A DNA stretch of 64,000 nt from an uncultured Rhodospirillaceae bacterium (GCA_964587125.1 CAZPKC010000006.1:7881-71880); one strand, 5' to 3'. Shown: positions 50,128-60,316, numbered from the stretch's first letter. The notes: a model not told the origin generated them from the sequence alone. Translations and numbers: made by a program.

Positions 50128-50643
50128 TTACACCCTGCGGATGACTTTTTTGCCGCGCCTGATCTTGCGCTGCAATTGCAAAAGCCCGTACACAAGCGCC
50201 TCCGCCGACGGCGGGCAACCCGGAATGTAGATATCGACGGGAACGATGCGGTCGCACCCGCGCACTACCGAATAGGAATAATGGTAATAGCCGCCGCCGT
50301 TCGCGCAACTTCCCATCGAGATGACCCAGCGCGGCTCCGGCATTTGGTCGTAGAGCCTGCGCAATGCCGGAGCCATTTTGTTGGTCAAAGTTCCCGCCAC
50401 GATCATTACGTCGGATTGGCGCGGCGAAGGCCGCGGCATCATGCCGTAACGGTCGAGGTCATAGCGGCTCATGAACGCGTGGATCATTTCGATGCCGCAG
50501 CACGCCAAGCCGAACGTCATCGGCCACATAGATCCCGCGCGCGCCCACGTCAGAAGATCGTCGATTTTCGCCAGAACGAAGTTCTTGCCTTCACCCTCCT
50601 CGCTCGGCTGCGCGGCAATTTGGCTTGGATTGGTTATTCCCAT
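50128..50643 (-). CDS. nuoB: NADH-quinone oxidoreductase subunit B
   Basis: [10 protein letters not shown]. An aaggag Shine-Dalgarno lies 7 nt upstream of the internal ATG (MGITNP...). Confidence 0.9.
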   Translation of the reverse strand: MGITNPSQIAAQPSEEGEGKNFVLAKIDDLLTWARAGSMWPMTFGLACCGIEMIHAFMSRYDLDRYGMMPRPSPRQSDVMIVAGTLTNKMAPALRRLYDQMPEPRWVISMGSCANGGGYYHYSYSVVRGCDRIVPVDIYIPGCPPSAEALVYGLLQLQRKIRRGKKVIRRV

Positions 50644-51002
50644 TCCAAGGCTCCTTTCTTCCATTCATAGACAAAGCCTATGGCAAGCACCAAAAGGAAC
50701 AGCATCATCGACAAAAATCCGGCCAAGCCGATGTCGCCGAGCGCAATCGCCCACGGGAAAAGAAACGCGAGTTCGAGATCGAAGATGATAAATAAAATGG
50801 CGACAAGATAAAAACGCACGTCGAATTTGGCGCGCGCGTCTCCGAAAGCCGGAAAGCCGCATTCGTAGGCGGAATTCTTCTCGGCATCCGGTTTTTGCTT
50901 GGCCAAAAGAAAGGAAAGCCCGACGGCGGCAAGGGCGACCGCAAAAGCGACGCCAAGAAAGATCAGAATGGGAAGATAGTCGATCAAAAGGCCGCTGAGC
51001 AT
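50634..51002 (-). CDS. nuoA: NADH-quinone oxidoreductase subunit A
   Basis: 122 aa, 3 TM; first gene of the operon. Confidence 0.9.
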   Translation of the reverse strand: MLSGLLIDYLPILIFLGVAFAVALAAVGLSFLLAKQKPDAEKNSAYECGFPAFGDARAKFDVRFYLVAILFIIFDLELAFLFPWAIALGDIGLAGFLSMMLFLLVLAIGFVYEWKKGALEWE

Positions 51003-51090
51003 GGGGAAAAACTCGGGTTGCGGGACTCTGGAAACGATTGAAACATCCGATGGTTAGGCGGGAAAATCAAGGGGATTCAGAGGGCTGTTC

Positions 51091-51798
51091 TTAATGTTCC
51101 TCGATCTCTTCACGCGCGGCGTTAAGATCGTCCTGAAAATCTGGGTTTGCGGTCAGCGCGCCCACAATCAGCATCGCCAGCAAGCGTCCGCCTTCGAGAT
51201 CGACGGGAAAATGGACGCCCGCTTCGACCCTGCGGAGGGCGATGGCATCGGCGCGGGCGCGTAAGGCGGAAAGTTCCTCGGGAGCCAGCATCCCCAGAAC
51301 TTCGGCAAGCACGCGCGACCCGGTTGTGTGGCCGCTGGGATAGGCTGGGCTTGCGTCAATCGGATCGACATAAAGTTTTACATGAGGATCGGCAAGATAA
51401 GGCCTTCTGGTGTGCCAGAATTTTTTGTCGGCATCCACCACCTGCCCCGTGGCACTCATCACGCGATCAAGAAGGGCGAATGTTTTTGGCAAGCGTTCGC
51501 GGGTAAAAGCGGGGCCAAGGGTATCCGTAAGCAATTCAATCCGGAATTTTTGTTCGTCCCTGATCGCGAAAAGTTCGGCGGGAGACAGATGGCGTTGCGC
51601 ATGCAAAATGGCTTTGATTTGGGATTTCCACGCGGAACCGCCTTCTTCAGGCGGAGGGAGCAAAAGTTGGGGCGGCAAAAATTGCGCCTGAATATAGTTT
51701 TGTTCGGCAACCGCTGCCCAAGGCGTTGACGGCACGGCAACGCCACAGAAACAGACAAGGGCGACGACGACAAAACGATAGAAGCGCGGCAGAAACAA
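51091..51798 (-). CDS. PAP2-superfamily acid phosphatase (class A-like), secreted
   Basis: Signal peptide; KKFWHTRRPY (KxxxxxxRP), PSGHT, RRVEAGVHFPVD (SRxxxxxHxxxD). Confidence 0.75.
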   Translation of the reverse strand: MFLPRFYRFVVVALVCFCGVAVPSTPWAAVAEQNYIQAQFLPPQLLLPPPEEGGSAWKSQIKAILHAQRHLSPAELFAIRDEQKFRIELLTDTLGPAFTRERLPKTFALLDRVMSATGQVVDADKKFWHTRRPYLADPHVKLYVDPIDASPAYPSGHTTGSRVLAEVLGMLAPEELSALRARADAIALRRVEAGVHFPVDLEGGRLLAMLIVGALTANPDFQDDLNAAREEIEEH

Positions 51799-51808
51799 GG
51801 AATTCTCC

Positions 51809-52192
51809 CTATTTCAAGAATTGAGGGGGCTGAAGCGCGTTCGGGTTTTGTTTATCTTGCGGCGCAGCATCCCCCGGAATCGGGTTGTTTTGAAAAGTTT
51901 CCCTTTTAATCGTTTCGGCTTCGACGCGCTCGGATTCAAGTTCCTCCATAGAGCGGTCGTAAAGCGCCTTAGCCGAAAAATTCCTTGGTTTAAAAGGCAC
52001 ATCGCCGAGGCGCGGCCAGTTTATCTCATCAAGAGAAGGCGGGGGCGTTTCGACCAAACGGGGTTGCGCCTTGACCTCGTCCGGAACCTCGTCGTGCCCG
52101 AAAAGATTCGGCACGTGGATGCTGTCGCACCCCGCAAGCAGAAAAAAACTTAGTAAAGGAACGATTGATGATGCGCCGATCGTGATTTTCAT
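51809..52192 (-). CDS. Small lipoprotein (127 aa)
   Basis: Internal start MKITIGASSIVPLLSFFLLAGCDS with lipobox LAGC. Embedded in a longer track ORF whose N-terminal part is Arg-rich and implausible. Confidence 0.5.
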   Translation of the reverse strand: MKITIGASSIVPLLSFFLLAGCDSIHVPNLFGHDEVPDEVKAQPRLVETPPPSLDEINWPRLGDVPFKPRNFSAKALYDRSMEELESERVEAETIKRETFQNNPIPGDAAPQDKQNPNALQPPQFLK

Positions 52193-52266
52193 GTAAGTTC
52201 TCGCGCCTTCCCCTTGCATCGATTGCAAGGCACCCTTTTTGCGTTTCATTCTCAATCCGCCCGGCC

Positions 52267-54357
52267 ATGACCATAGCAGAAGATTCCCCCGATTCCCAAA
52301 CCGGAAAAAAACTCGAGAAATCCCTCGACGCCATCGCGGCTCTCCGCAAAGCGATGGCCGAGCGTCTCGCCGAAACAGCCGCCGACGCGTCCGCCGAAGC
52401 CTTCGCGAAGGCGGAAGCCAAACCCGCGCAGGAATCCCGGCCCAAACAAGAATCTCAACCCAAAGCCGAAACCGCGCCCGCCGAAACAGCCGGAGATGCG
52501 CCGCAGCAAACACGGAGAAAAGATGACGCGGGCAGCGCCGCACCTTCGGTAAAGTCCGAGCCGCAAAAAGAAACAGACATCCATTTCGACATCGTCGAAT
52601 GGTCGCGGATCATGATTCATGTTTCCGAAGAGAGCCAAAAGCTTGTCCGCGACTATATCGTCCGCACGCGGGACAAGCCGGTCAATACCGTGCCGATCTC
52701 TCCGGTTCCCTTCATGGATTCTTTTTCGCAACTGATCTCGCGTTTTCTCGATAATCCCGAATCCTATACCGACGCGCAGCTCGCCACGTGGCAAAATTAT
52801 ATCGACCTTACGCGCGCGACTTTGCTGCGCCTCCAAGGGCATTCGGCCCCCCCGGTCGCGGAACCTCCCGCCTATGACAAACGATTCAAGGCCAAGGATT
52901 GGCAAACCAACTGGATGTTCGATTTTCTGAAGCAAGCCTATCTTTCGACCTCCGACGAAGCGCGCCGCCTGGTGCAGCAGGAAGCGTCGAACGTCGAAAC
53001 CAAAATGGCCAAGAAGCTCGAATTTTACTCGCGCCTGTTTTTAGACGCGAGCGCGCCCAACAATTTCTTCATGACCAATCCCGAAGTCTTGCGCGTCACT
53101 TTGGAAAGCAAGGGCGAAAATCTCATCAAGGGATTTGCGAATCTTCTGCGGGATTTGGAAAGCGGCAACGGTCTTTTGCGCATCCGCATGAGCGACTACC
53201 ACGCCTTCGAGTTGGGCAAGAACATCGCCGTCACGCCCGGAAAAGTCGTCTATCAAAACGATTTGATGCAGCTTATCCAGTACGCGCCGTCGACGCCTTC
53301 CGTGCATCGCGTGCCGTTTTTGATCATTCCGCCGTGGATCAACAAGTATTATATTCTCGATCTGCGCCCGGAAAATTCCTTCATCAAATATCTCGTTTCG
53401 CAAGGGCACACGGTGTTTTGCATCAGCTGGGTCAATCCGATGAAACGCCACGCCCTGACCCAGTTCGAGGATTATATGGAAACGGGGGCCTTGGCCGCTC
53501 TGCGCGAGGTCAAGCGCCTGACGGGGGAAGACAAGGCCAACGTCCTCGGTTATTGCATCGGCGGAACTCTTTTGGCGTGCACGCAGGCTTATTTGGCGGG
53601 TTTGCATGCGACTCCGGCCGATCTGCCGACAATCGCCAGCGCGACTTATCTCGTCACGATGATCGATTTCTCCCAGCCGGGCGATCTGGGCGTTTTCATC
53701 GACGAAGATCAAATCAGCCTTTTGGAAGACCGCATGGCGCGGCTCGGTTTTATGGACGCGAACAGTCTGGTCCTGACCTTCAACCTGCTGCGCGCCAACG
53801 ATCTGGTTTGGCCTTTCGTCATCAATAACTATTTGCTCGGCCGCGAACCTTTCCCGTTCGACATTTTGTACTGGAACGCGGATTCGACCAATCTGCCCGC
53901 CGCCATGCAAAGCTACTACCTACGCAAGATGTATCTGGAAAACAAGCTGATCGAACCGAACGCCCTCAAGATGAAAGATATCCCGCTCGATCTCGCCGAA
54001 ATTTCGACGCCGAGCTTTTTGCTCGCCACGCGCGAAGACCATATCGCTCCGTGGCGTTCGACCTATGCCTCGACGCATCTTTACAAAGGGCCCGTCACTT
54101 TCGTCCTTTCGGGGTCCGGGCACATCGCGGGCGTCATCAATCCGCCGGATGCGAATAAATACGGGTATTGGATGAACGGCGATTTGCCCCAAAATCCGGA
54201 CGACTGGTTGAAGGAAGCCACGCCGCACAAGGGCTCGTGGTGGCCGGAATGGATCAAATGGCTTGCATCTTTTGCCGGAGACGACGTGCCCGCGCGCGAA
54301 GTCACGTCCGGCATCGAAGACGCGCCCGGAAGTTATGTGAAGATAAGGGTGGTGTGA
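52267..54357 (+). CDS. phaC: Class I poly(R)-hydroxyalkanoate synthase with extended Ala/Glu/Lys/Pro-rich N-terminus
   Basis: Lipase box GYCIGG; the conserved PhaC core reads through to the C-terminus. Confidence 0.9.
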   Translation: MTIAEDSPDSQTGKKLEKSLDAIAALRKAMAERLAETAADASAEAFAKAEAKPAQESRPKQESQPKAETAPAETAGDAPQQTRRKDDAGSAAPSVKSEPQKETDIHFDIVEWSRIMIHVSEESQKLVRDYIVRTRDKPVNTVPISPVPFMDSFSQLISRFLDNPESYTDAQLATWQNYIDLTRATLLRLQGHSAPPVAEPPAYDKRFKAKDWQTNWMFDFLKQAYLSTSDEARRLVQQEASNVETKMAKKLEFYSRLFLDASAPNNFFMTNPEVLRVTLESKGENLIKGFANLLRDLESGNGLLRIRMSDYHAFELGKNIAVTPGKVVYQNDLMQLIQYAPSTPSVHRVPFLIIPPWINKYYILDLRPENSFIKYLVSQGHTVFCISWVNPMKRHALTQFEDYMETGALAALREVKRLTGEDKANVLGYCIGGTLLACTQAYLAGLHATPADLPTIASATYLVTMIDFSQPGDLGVFIDEDQISLLEDRMARLGFMDANSLVLTFNLLRANDLVWPFVINNYLLGREPFPFDILYWNADSTNLPAAMQSYYLRKMYLENKLIEPNALKMKDIPLDLAEISTPSFLLATREDHIAPWRSTYASTHLYKGPVTFVLSGSGHIAGVINPPDANKYGYWMNGDLPQNPDDWLKEATPHKGSWWPEWIKWLASFAGDDVPAREVTSGIEDAPGSYVKIRVV

Positions 54358-54687
54358 TTTTTATTAGCGCAATTGATTCACATCCCGCCGTAACCCCTTC
54401 CACTTAAAGTATGCCTTGTTCGAAACGCAGCCCAATCCCTTGTGCTCCGCCGCAACTTTAATAGATTGAACTCGTTTCGTTCACGGTATTAGTTAATTGA
54501 TAATCCACAGATTTTTTGAGATTCGACTCATTAATCCCTTGACCTCCCAATATTTCCCATGATATCCCATCCAAACCCAGAGGGAGACTGGGTTATCCCA
54601 AGTTCGAAGTCCGCACAGATACCAAGAATACGACCCGCGAGGATGCTTCCGGCATCCATGTAACCTTTTGTTTTCGCCGAGGAACTT

Positions 54688-55164
54688 ATGGCCGTTTTCC
54701 TGTCCAGTTTTGTCAATAAGATCGACAAAAAGGGGCGTGTGTCCGTTCCGGCTCCTTTCCGCGCGGCGCTTGGCGCCGACACCTCCGGAATTGTCGTCTT
54801 CCGTTCGTTGCAATACGAGGCTCTCGAAGGCTGCTCGATCGCGCATCTGGAACTCCTCAGCCAAAGCCTCGAAAAACAGGACCTTCCTCCCGACGTTTTC
54901 GAGTTGATCGAGACGACGATTTTCGGCGGCTCGGTGCAGTTGCCGTTCGACGGCGAAGGACGCATCAGCCTGCCGCAAAATTTGTTGACCGGCGTCGGCA
55001 TCACCGAAGAAGTCGCGTTTGTCGGACGGCGCAAGACATTCCAAATCTGGGATCCGAAAAAACTTGCCGCGCATGAGAACGCCGCGCGCGCCAAAGCCCG
55101 CGCCAAGGATATTTCGCTGAGCAAGATCATCGCTGCCGTCACGCAGTCTTCGAAGGAGGGCTGA
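54688..55164 (+). CDS. mraZ: Transcriptional regulator MraZ
   Basis: MAVFLSSFVNKIDKKGRVSVPAPFR; two MraZ repeats. Confidence 0.9.
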   Translation: MAVFLSSFVNKIDKKGRVSVPAPFRAALGADTSGIVVFRSLQYEALEGCSIAHLELLSQSLEKQDLPPDVFELIETTIFGGSVQLPFDGEGRISLPQNLLTGVGITEEVAFVGRRKTFQIWDPKKLAAHENAARAKARAKDISLSKIIAAVTQSSKEG

Positions 55165-56123
55165 TGACCGACGCGCCCTCCCATATCCCCGTCATGCTGC
55201 GCGAAGTAATCGCCGCATTGGCCCCGCGAGATGGCGGCGTCTATGTGGACGGAACTTTCGGGCGCGGCGGTTACGCGCGCGCCCTGCTCGACGCCGCCAA
55301 GACCGAAGTCGTCGCCATCGACCGCGATCCCGACGCCATCGAAGCGGGACAAAAAATGGTCGCCGAATTCAAGCCGCGCCTCACGCTTTTGCAAGGTCCT
55401 TTCGGCGCGATGGATGTCTTGCTGGCGGGCCAGCATATTTTCCGCGTTGACGGAATTACGCTCGATCTGGGCGTCTCCTCGCCGCAAATCGACGAGCCGG
55501 AACGCGGCTTTTCGTTCGCCGCCGACGGGCCTTTGGATATGCGCATGAGCAAGTGCGGCCCCAGCGCCGCCGATGTCGTCAACACGATGGATGAGCGCGA
55601 ACTGGCGAATGTCATCTATACGTTGGGCGAGGAGCGTTTCTCGCGCCGCGTCGCGCGCTGCATCGCCGAAGAGCGCGCGAAAAACCGCATCGCGCGCACG
55701 GCTCAACTGGCCGACATCATCCGCCGCGCCGTGCCGCGCTCAAGCGACGGCCTCGATCCCGCCACGCGCAGTTTTCAGGCTTTGCGTATTTACGTGAACG
55801 ACGAAATGGGCGAATTGACCCGCGCCTTGAACGCCGCCGTCATGTTGCTTAGCCCGCGGGGGCGTTTGGCGGTCGTTTCATTCCATTCGCTCGAAGACCG
55901 CGTGGTGAAGGATTTCATGCGCTCTCAAAGCGGCATGGGAGGGCAAGTATCGCGCCATCTGCCCGCGAACGATCACGAAAAGAAGGAACCTCTTTTCCAA
56001 ATCCTGACCAAAAAGCCGCAAACGCCGAAAGACGACGAAAGGACCGCCAATCCGCGCGCCCGTTCGGCCAAATTGCGCGTCGCCGAAAGAACCGACGCGT
56101 CCATCCAGAAGGAGGAAGCATGA
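55164..56123 (+). CDS. rsmH: 16S rRNA (cytosine1402-N4)-methyltransferase
   Basis: HIPVMLREVI...DGTFGRGGY... Confidence 0.9.
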   Translation: MTDAPSHIPVMLREVIAALAPRDGGVYVDGTFGRGGYARALLDAAKTEVVAIDRDPDAIEAGQKMVAEFKPRLTLLQGPFGAMDVLLAGQHIFRVDGITLDLGVSSPQIDEPERGFSFAADGPLDMRMSKCGPSAADVVNTMDERELANVIYTLGEERFSRRVARCIAEERAKNRIARTAQLADIIRRAVPRSSDGLDPATRSFQALRIYVNDEMGELTRALNAAVMLLSPRGRLAVVSFHSLEDRVVKDFMRSQSGMGGQVSRHLPANDHEKKEPLFQILTKKPQTPKDDERTANPRARSAKLRVAERTDASIQKEEA

Positions 56124-56638
56124 TCCGCTCGTATTCCTCCCTGCTTTTCTGGCTCGGCATGACGATCGCGGCGAGCCTTATGCTTTATCACACCAGCGAC
56201 AGGGTCCATGCTCTCGACGAGCAACTTCGCTCCCTTAACGCGCAAATAGAAGACGAGCAAAAGAGCCTGCATGTGCTGAAAGCCGAGTGGGTTTATCTGG
56301 CCAATCCCTCGCGCGTCGAAGCGGAAACGAAGCGGCATCTCGGCATCCAGCCAACAGCGCCGAACCGCATCGCCGCCTTGAAAAACATGGGCGACCTTTT
56401 GCCGTTGCAGGACGGAGTCTCCATGCCGCCCGTTCAAATGGCTCAAACACCGGCGTCCCATGCGCCCTCTTCATCTCCCGCGAAAACGGTTTCTCTCCCG
56501 CGCAACAAAAACGAACGCATTATGGCTTCGCTTAACGCGGGACGCATCAACGATCATATGACGATGCAGCACGCGGCAGCAGAAGCATCGACGGACAGAA
56601 TCGGCGCGTTGATCGGAAAACTAGGTTTGCATCCATGA
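56120..56638 (+). CDS. ftsL: Cell division protein FtsL-like
   Basis: Single TM, then a coiled coil (LDEQLRSLNAQIEDEQKSLHVLKAEW). Position in the dcw cluster. Confidence 0.65.
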   Translation: MIRSYSSLLFWLGMTIAASLMLYHTSDRVHALDEQLRSLNAQIEDEQKSLHVLKAEWVYLANPSRVEAETKRHLGIQPTAPNRIAALKNMGDLLPLQDGVSMPPVQMAQTPASHAPSSSPAKTVSLPRNKNERIMASLNAGRINDHMTMQHAAAEASTDRIGALIGKLGLHP

Positions 56639-58437
56639 CCAAATGGCGGCTTAAAGGGTCAGCAGAAGCGCCGCAGCCCAGTCTGCCGGGGTTGGATTTG
56701 AAGCCGAAAAGACACCGCCTTTCCACTCCGCACGAACAAGCCTTAAGTTTGGCGAAGGTTCGGCTTAGCGTCGTTTTTCTCCTTTTCGCGGTTACGTGGG
56801 GCGTGATCGGGGGGCGGCTGGCGTACCTATCCCTTTCCGGCGATCCGAACGCCCCTGTCGCGCGCGCGGAGCCGGACGACAACCCGATCAACCGCGCCGA
56901 TATTACCGATAGGAACGGAACGGTTCTGGCGACCTCTTTGCCCACCGTTTCTCTGTGCGCCGATTCCAAATCCGTCATCGATCCTGCCGAGGCGGCGAAG
57001 CAATTACTCGGGGTTTTGCCCGATCTCAATCCCCAGAAGCTCAGCGAGGACTTGCAAAACGGCAAGCATTGCTCGATCATCCGGCGCCATTTGACCCCGC
57101 GTCAATATTACGAAGTGAATAAGCTTGGCATCGCCGGGCTTGATTTTCTCCCCGACGAACGCCGCATCTATCCCGCGGGCAATTTGGCCGCGCACGTCGT
57201 CGGCTTCAGCGACATCGACAATAACGGGTTGGCGGGAATCGAAAAGTCGATGGACACGCGACTGAACGAAAATTCTAAACCGCTGGCGCTGGCGCTCGAT
57301 CTGCGCGTGCAATCCGTTTTGCGGCGCGAATTGTTGGCGGCCATGAACGATTACCGCGCCGAAGCCGCGACCGGCCTCGTCATGGACATCAACACCGGAG
57401 AAATTCTCGGCATGGTCTCGCTGCCCGATTTCGATCCAATACGCGCGGGTCAAGCTTCCGACGACCAGCTTTTCAACCGCGACACGCTCGGCGTTTACGA
57501 AATGGGCTCGACTTTCAAGATTTTCAACACGGCGCTGGCGCTCGAGTCCGGAACGGTCCATCTCGCCGACACGTTCGATACGACGCATCCGATCGAAATC
57601 GGCAGCTACAAGATCCGGGATTTTGAGAAGGAAGACCGCAATCTAAATGTCGCGGAGATTTTCACCCATTCGTCGAATATCGGATCGGCGCGCATGGCGG
57701 AGCGTTTCGGCGGCGTCAAACAACGCGCTTTTTTCGAACGGCTGGGATTGACTGAAAAAATTTCTCTTGAATTGCCGGAAGTCGGCGCGCCCTTGATACC
57801 CTCGGCGCGCGAGTGGGGCGAGGCGACCACGATGACCGCCGCTTTCGGCCACGGAATTGCGGTCAATGCCGTGCAGTTGGCAAGCGCCGTCGCCACCATC
57901 GTCAACGACGGGCACCCGGTGCATCCGACGCTCCTTAAACGCGACGATACATACGAAAGGGATGTCGATACCGTTATTTCTCCCCATACCTCCGCGCTCA
58001 TTCGCGGATTGATGCGTTTGGTCGTGACGCGCGGAACGGCCAAAAAGGCCGATGTCGAAGGCTATATGGTCGGCGGGAAAACGGGCACGGCGAACAAGCT
58101 GGCCAACGGCCATTATCTCGAAAACGCCAGAATCTCGTCTTTTATCGGCTTATTCCCGATCAACGCGCCGAAATATCTGGTTTTCGCGTCGCTGGACAAT
58201 CCCAAAGGCAACGCCAAAACCAAAGGCATAGCGACCGCGGGCTGGGTCGTCGCGCCGCTCGTCAATAACGTGGTGACGCAGATCGCCCCGATGCTTGGAA
58301 TGCCGCCTCTGGCAAAAGAGTCGAACGAGGCGACCGAGCGGCAGGTCCTCAAGCCCTTGGGCGCGGAGATCGTGGACGGGATTCCCGTCGATGACGGAAA
58401 GGATTACGCCGCCGTGGAGTCGGACAGCGTGGAATAA
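56635..58437 (+). CDS. ftsI: Peptidoglycan D,D-transpeptidase FtsI (PBP3)
   Basis: STFK (active-site Ser), SSN and KTGT motifs all present. Confidence 0.9.
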   Translation: MTKWRLKGSAEAPQPSLPGLDLKPKRHRLSTPHEQALSLAKVRLSVVFLLFAVTWGVIGGRLAYLSLSGDPNAPVARAEPDDNPINRADITDRNGTVLATSLPTVSLCADSKSVIDPAEAAKQLLGVLPDLNPQKLSEDLQNGKHCSIIRRHLTPRQYYEVNKLGIAGLDFLPDERRIYPAGNLAAHVVGFSDIDNNGLAGIEKSMDTRLNENSKPLALALDLRVQSVLRRELLAAMNDYRAEAATGLVMDINTGEILGMVSLPDFDPIRAGQASDDQLFNRDTLGVYEMGSTFKIFNTALALESGTVHLADTFDTTHPIEIGSYKIRDFEKEDRNLNVAEIFTHSSNIGSARMAERFGGVKQRAFFERLGLTEKISLELPEVGAPLIPSAREWGEATTMTAAFGHGIAVNAVQLASAVATIVNDGHPVHPTLLKRDDTYERDVDTVISPHTSALIRGLMRLVVTRGTAKKADVEGYMVGGKTGTANKLANGHYLENARISSFIGLFPINAPKYLVFASLDNPKGNAKTKGIATAGWVVAPLVNNVVTQIAPMLGMPPLAKESNEATERQVLKPLGAEIVDGIPVDDGKDYAAVESDSVE

Positions 58438-58526
58438 AATCAGAGAAGTGGCCCGCCAGGTACTCTTACGTGAGATGTTTTTCCATCGCTTGTATCCAAG
58501 GGGGCTACGTAACGCCGTTTTTATTT

Positions 58527-59990
58527 TTATAAAGTGTATTCGCTTATGGACTGATTAATATAAGTGTCCTTCGGATGCGAACGCGCATAGTTCTGATGAT
58601 AATCTTCGGCGGGATAGAAGCCCTTCAAGGGCTCAACCTTGGTCGCAATCGGAGCCGCGAAAACCTTCGCGCGTTGCAACTGATCGATATAAGCTTCCGC
58701 TATCTCTTGCTCTCTCGGTGTCGCATAGAATATCGCCGAACGATATTGCCCGCTGCCGTCGGGTTCATGGCGATCAAACTGGGTCGGATCGTGAGCGGCC
58801 GAAAAAAACACTTTTAAAACCTGTCCAAGCGTAATTTCGGCAGCGTCATATGCCACCCGTACTGACTCGGCATGTCCTGTTTTACCGGTGCTAATGCGTT
58901 CATAATTTGCCGAATCTGCTGTCCCTCCCGAGTAGCCTGAAACGGCGCTTGTCACGCCCTTCACATGCTCAAACACCGCCTGCACGCCCCAGAAGCATCC
59001 TCCAGCCAAAATGATGCTGGCTCCTTCGCTGATTTCCTCTAAATGAGTATCAAGGACAGGATCAGGCAATGTTACAGTATCTGGGCTTTCAAGCCTGCAT
59101 TCCATATGTCCATCAAGAACGCTTTTTTGTGGGGAGATCCCCCTTGTTTCTTGAGGCGACAAATTTTTCGTTCTTTCTTCCAAAATTTCTGTCAGATCTC
59201 CGATAGGACCTTTAACACGAACGCCGAACATGTTTTGGGTTGCGATCAAGCCTGTTACTCGCGATGACTTAACGAGTTCAGTGATATACGCCCCCGCTTC
59301 ATTGTGGTTGGGGCGTTTTTTGCTGTACTTGCTCTTGACCAACATGACGGTCGCATCAGTGACCATATAGTAGCCGTCTGGGCCTTCATTATTCATAAGT
59401 TCCTGCAGAAGTCCGCAGACCTTTTTAGCCCGGCTAAACGGAGAGGGTTCACTCTCCTTGTTAAGGCGTTCTTTCTTTTCAAGCTGTAAATCTTGTCGTT
59501 TGGCTTTTTGCAAAGTTTCGGAGGATAAGCCCATGCGCCATCTCATTGCGTCGCTTATGTTACGAAAACCAAAGTTTTCCATCAGCAGAAGCTCGGCATT
59601 TCCTGGAGAAAATTCCGTGTCCCGATAGAGAAGGGCTATGCCCTCTTCACCAATAATAGGCAGACACCGGCCAAGGCGCAGGTTATGCCTGTTCAACGAA
59701 GCCAGTATGTCGCCTTCGGGTCTTACATACGGTCCTAAACATATTTCGGAGGCCGCAACTTTACCTTCGGTTTTTACAACCGTGCCCAAACATACTTCGT
59801 AACCACAAGAAACAGCTTTTTCCTTCAGCCAATCGTCCGGAACTCCATCAAGCTCCATATCAAACATAAGCTCAACATCCGTCATTTTGTCAGTGACGGC
59901 ATTTTGCGTTTCTTCCGGAAGCTGCCAGAATCTGAGTCTGGCTTGCCTGTTAGCGTTCCAAATATGGGAAAGTATTTCTTTATAGTCCAT
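58527..59990 (-). CDS. Fusion protein: ~300-aa unrecognised AT-rich N-terminal domain plus C-terminal peptide-methionine (S)-S-oxide reductase MsrA
   Basis: The C-terminal domain has the MsrA signature AGGCFWGVQAVFEHVKGV and GYSGG...NYE. The N-terminal half is visibly AT-richer than the flanking genes. Confidence 0.75.
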   Translation of the reverse strand: MDYKEILSHIWNANRQARLRFWQLPEETQNAVTDKMTDVELMFDMELDGVPDDWLKEKAVSCGYEVCLGTVVKTEGKVAASEICLGPYVRPEGDILASLNRHNLRLGRCLPIIGEEGIALLYRDTEFSPGNAELLLMENFGFRNISDAMRWRMGLSSETLQKAKRQDLQLEKKERLNKESEPSPFSRAKKVCGLLQELMNNEGPDGYYMVTDATVMLVKSKYSKKRPNHNEAGAYITELVKSSRVTGLIATQNMFGVRVKGPIGDLTEILEERTKNLSPQETRGISPQKSVLDGHMECRLESPDTVTLPDPVLDTHLEEISEGASIILAGGCFWGVQAVFEHVKGVTSAVSGYSGGTADSANYERISTGKTGHAESVRVAYDAAEITLGQVLKVFFSAAHDPTQFDRHEPDGSGQYRSAIFYATPREQEIAEAYIDQLQRAKVFAAPIATKVEPLKGFYPAEDYHQNYARSHPKDTYINQSISEYTL

Positions 59991-60113
59991 ATTTTCGTTC
60001 CTGTTTATCCTTATGCTTGATGTTGAGAACGCTTATAATTGATATTCTTACGATTACAAACGGGGTTGAATAGTACAAAGGGAGATTTTGACGGTGACTA
60101 ACAGATTGAAAAA

Positions 60114-60188
60114 TGGTGCCGATTGTGTGATTCGAACACACGACCTACCGCTTACAAGGCGGTTGCTCTACCCCTGAGCTAAATCGGC
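60114..60188 (-). tRNA. tRNA-Thr (anticodon TGT)
   Basis: The reverse complement reads GCCGATTTAGCTCAGGGGTAGAGCAACCGCCTTGTAAGCGGTAGGTCGTGTGTTCGAATCACACAATCGGCACCA. It folds as a cloverleaf with anticodon loop CTTGTAA, T-arm GGTTCGAATCC-like and encoded CCA. Confidence 0.85.
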
Positions 60189-60316
60189 TAACTTAATTTC
60201 CTCCGCAACCGCCTTGTAACAGGTTTTGCTCGCCTGCGCTCGCGGGGCGGGTGCTCTACCCCTGAGCTAAATCGGCTAACTTCACTCTGCTCTACCCCTG
60301 AGCTAAATCGGCTTTT
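60189..60316. repeat. Tandem partial copies of the tRNA-Thr 5' segment (gctctacccctgagctaaatcggc plus the taactt flank) and of its anticodon-arm segment, immediately upstream of the tRNA 5' end
   Basis: Direct repeats read in sequence at about 60164-60193 (inside the tRNA), 60252-60283 and 60288-60313. caaccgccttgtaac is repeated at about 60206-60220. Confidence 0.7.

Noticed and set aside
54493-55706. Minus-strand ORFs (193 aa and 391 aa) opposite mraZ/rsmH
   Set aside because: Antisense to well-conserved dcw genes.
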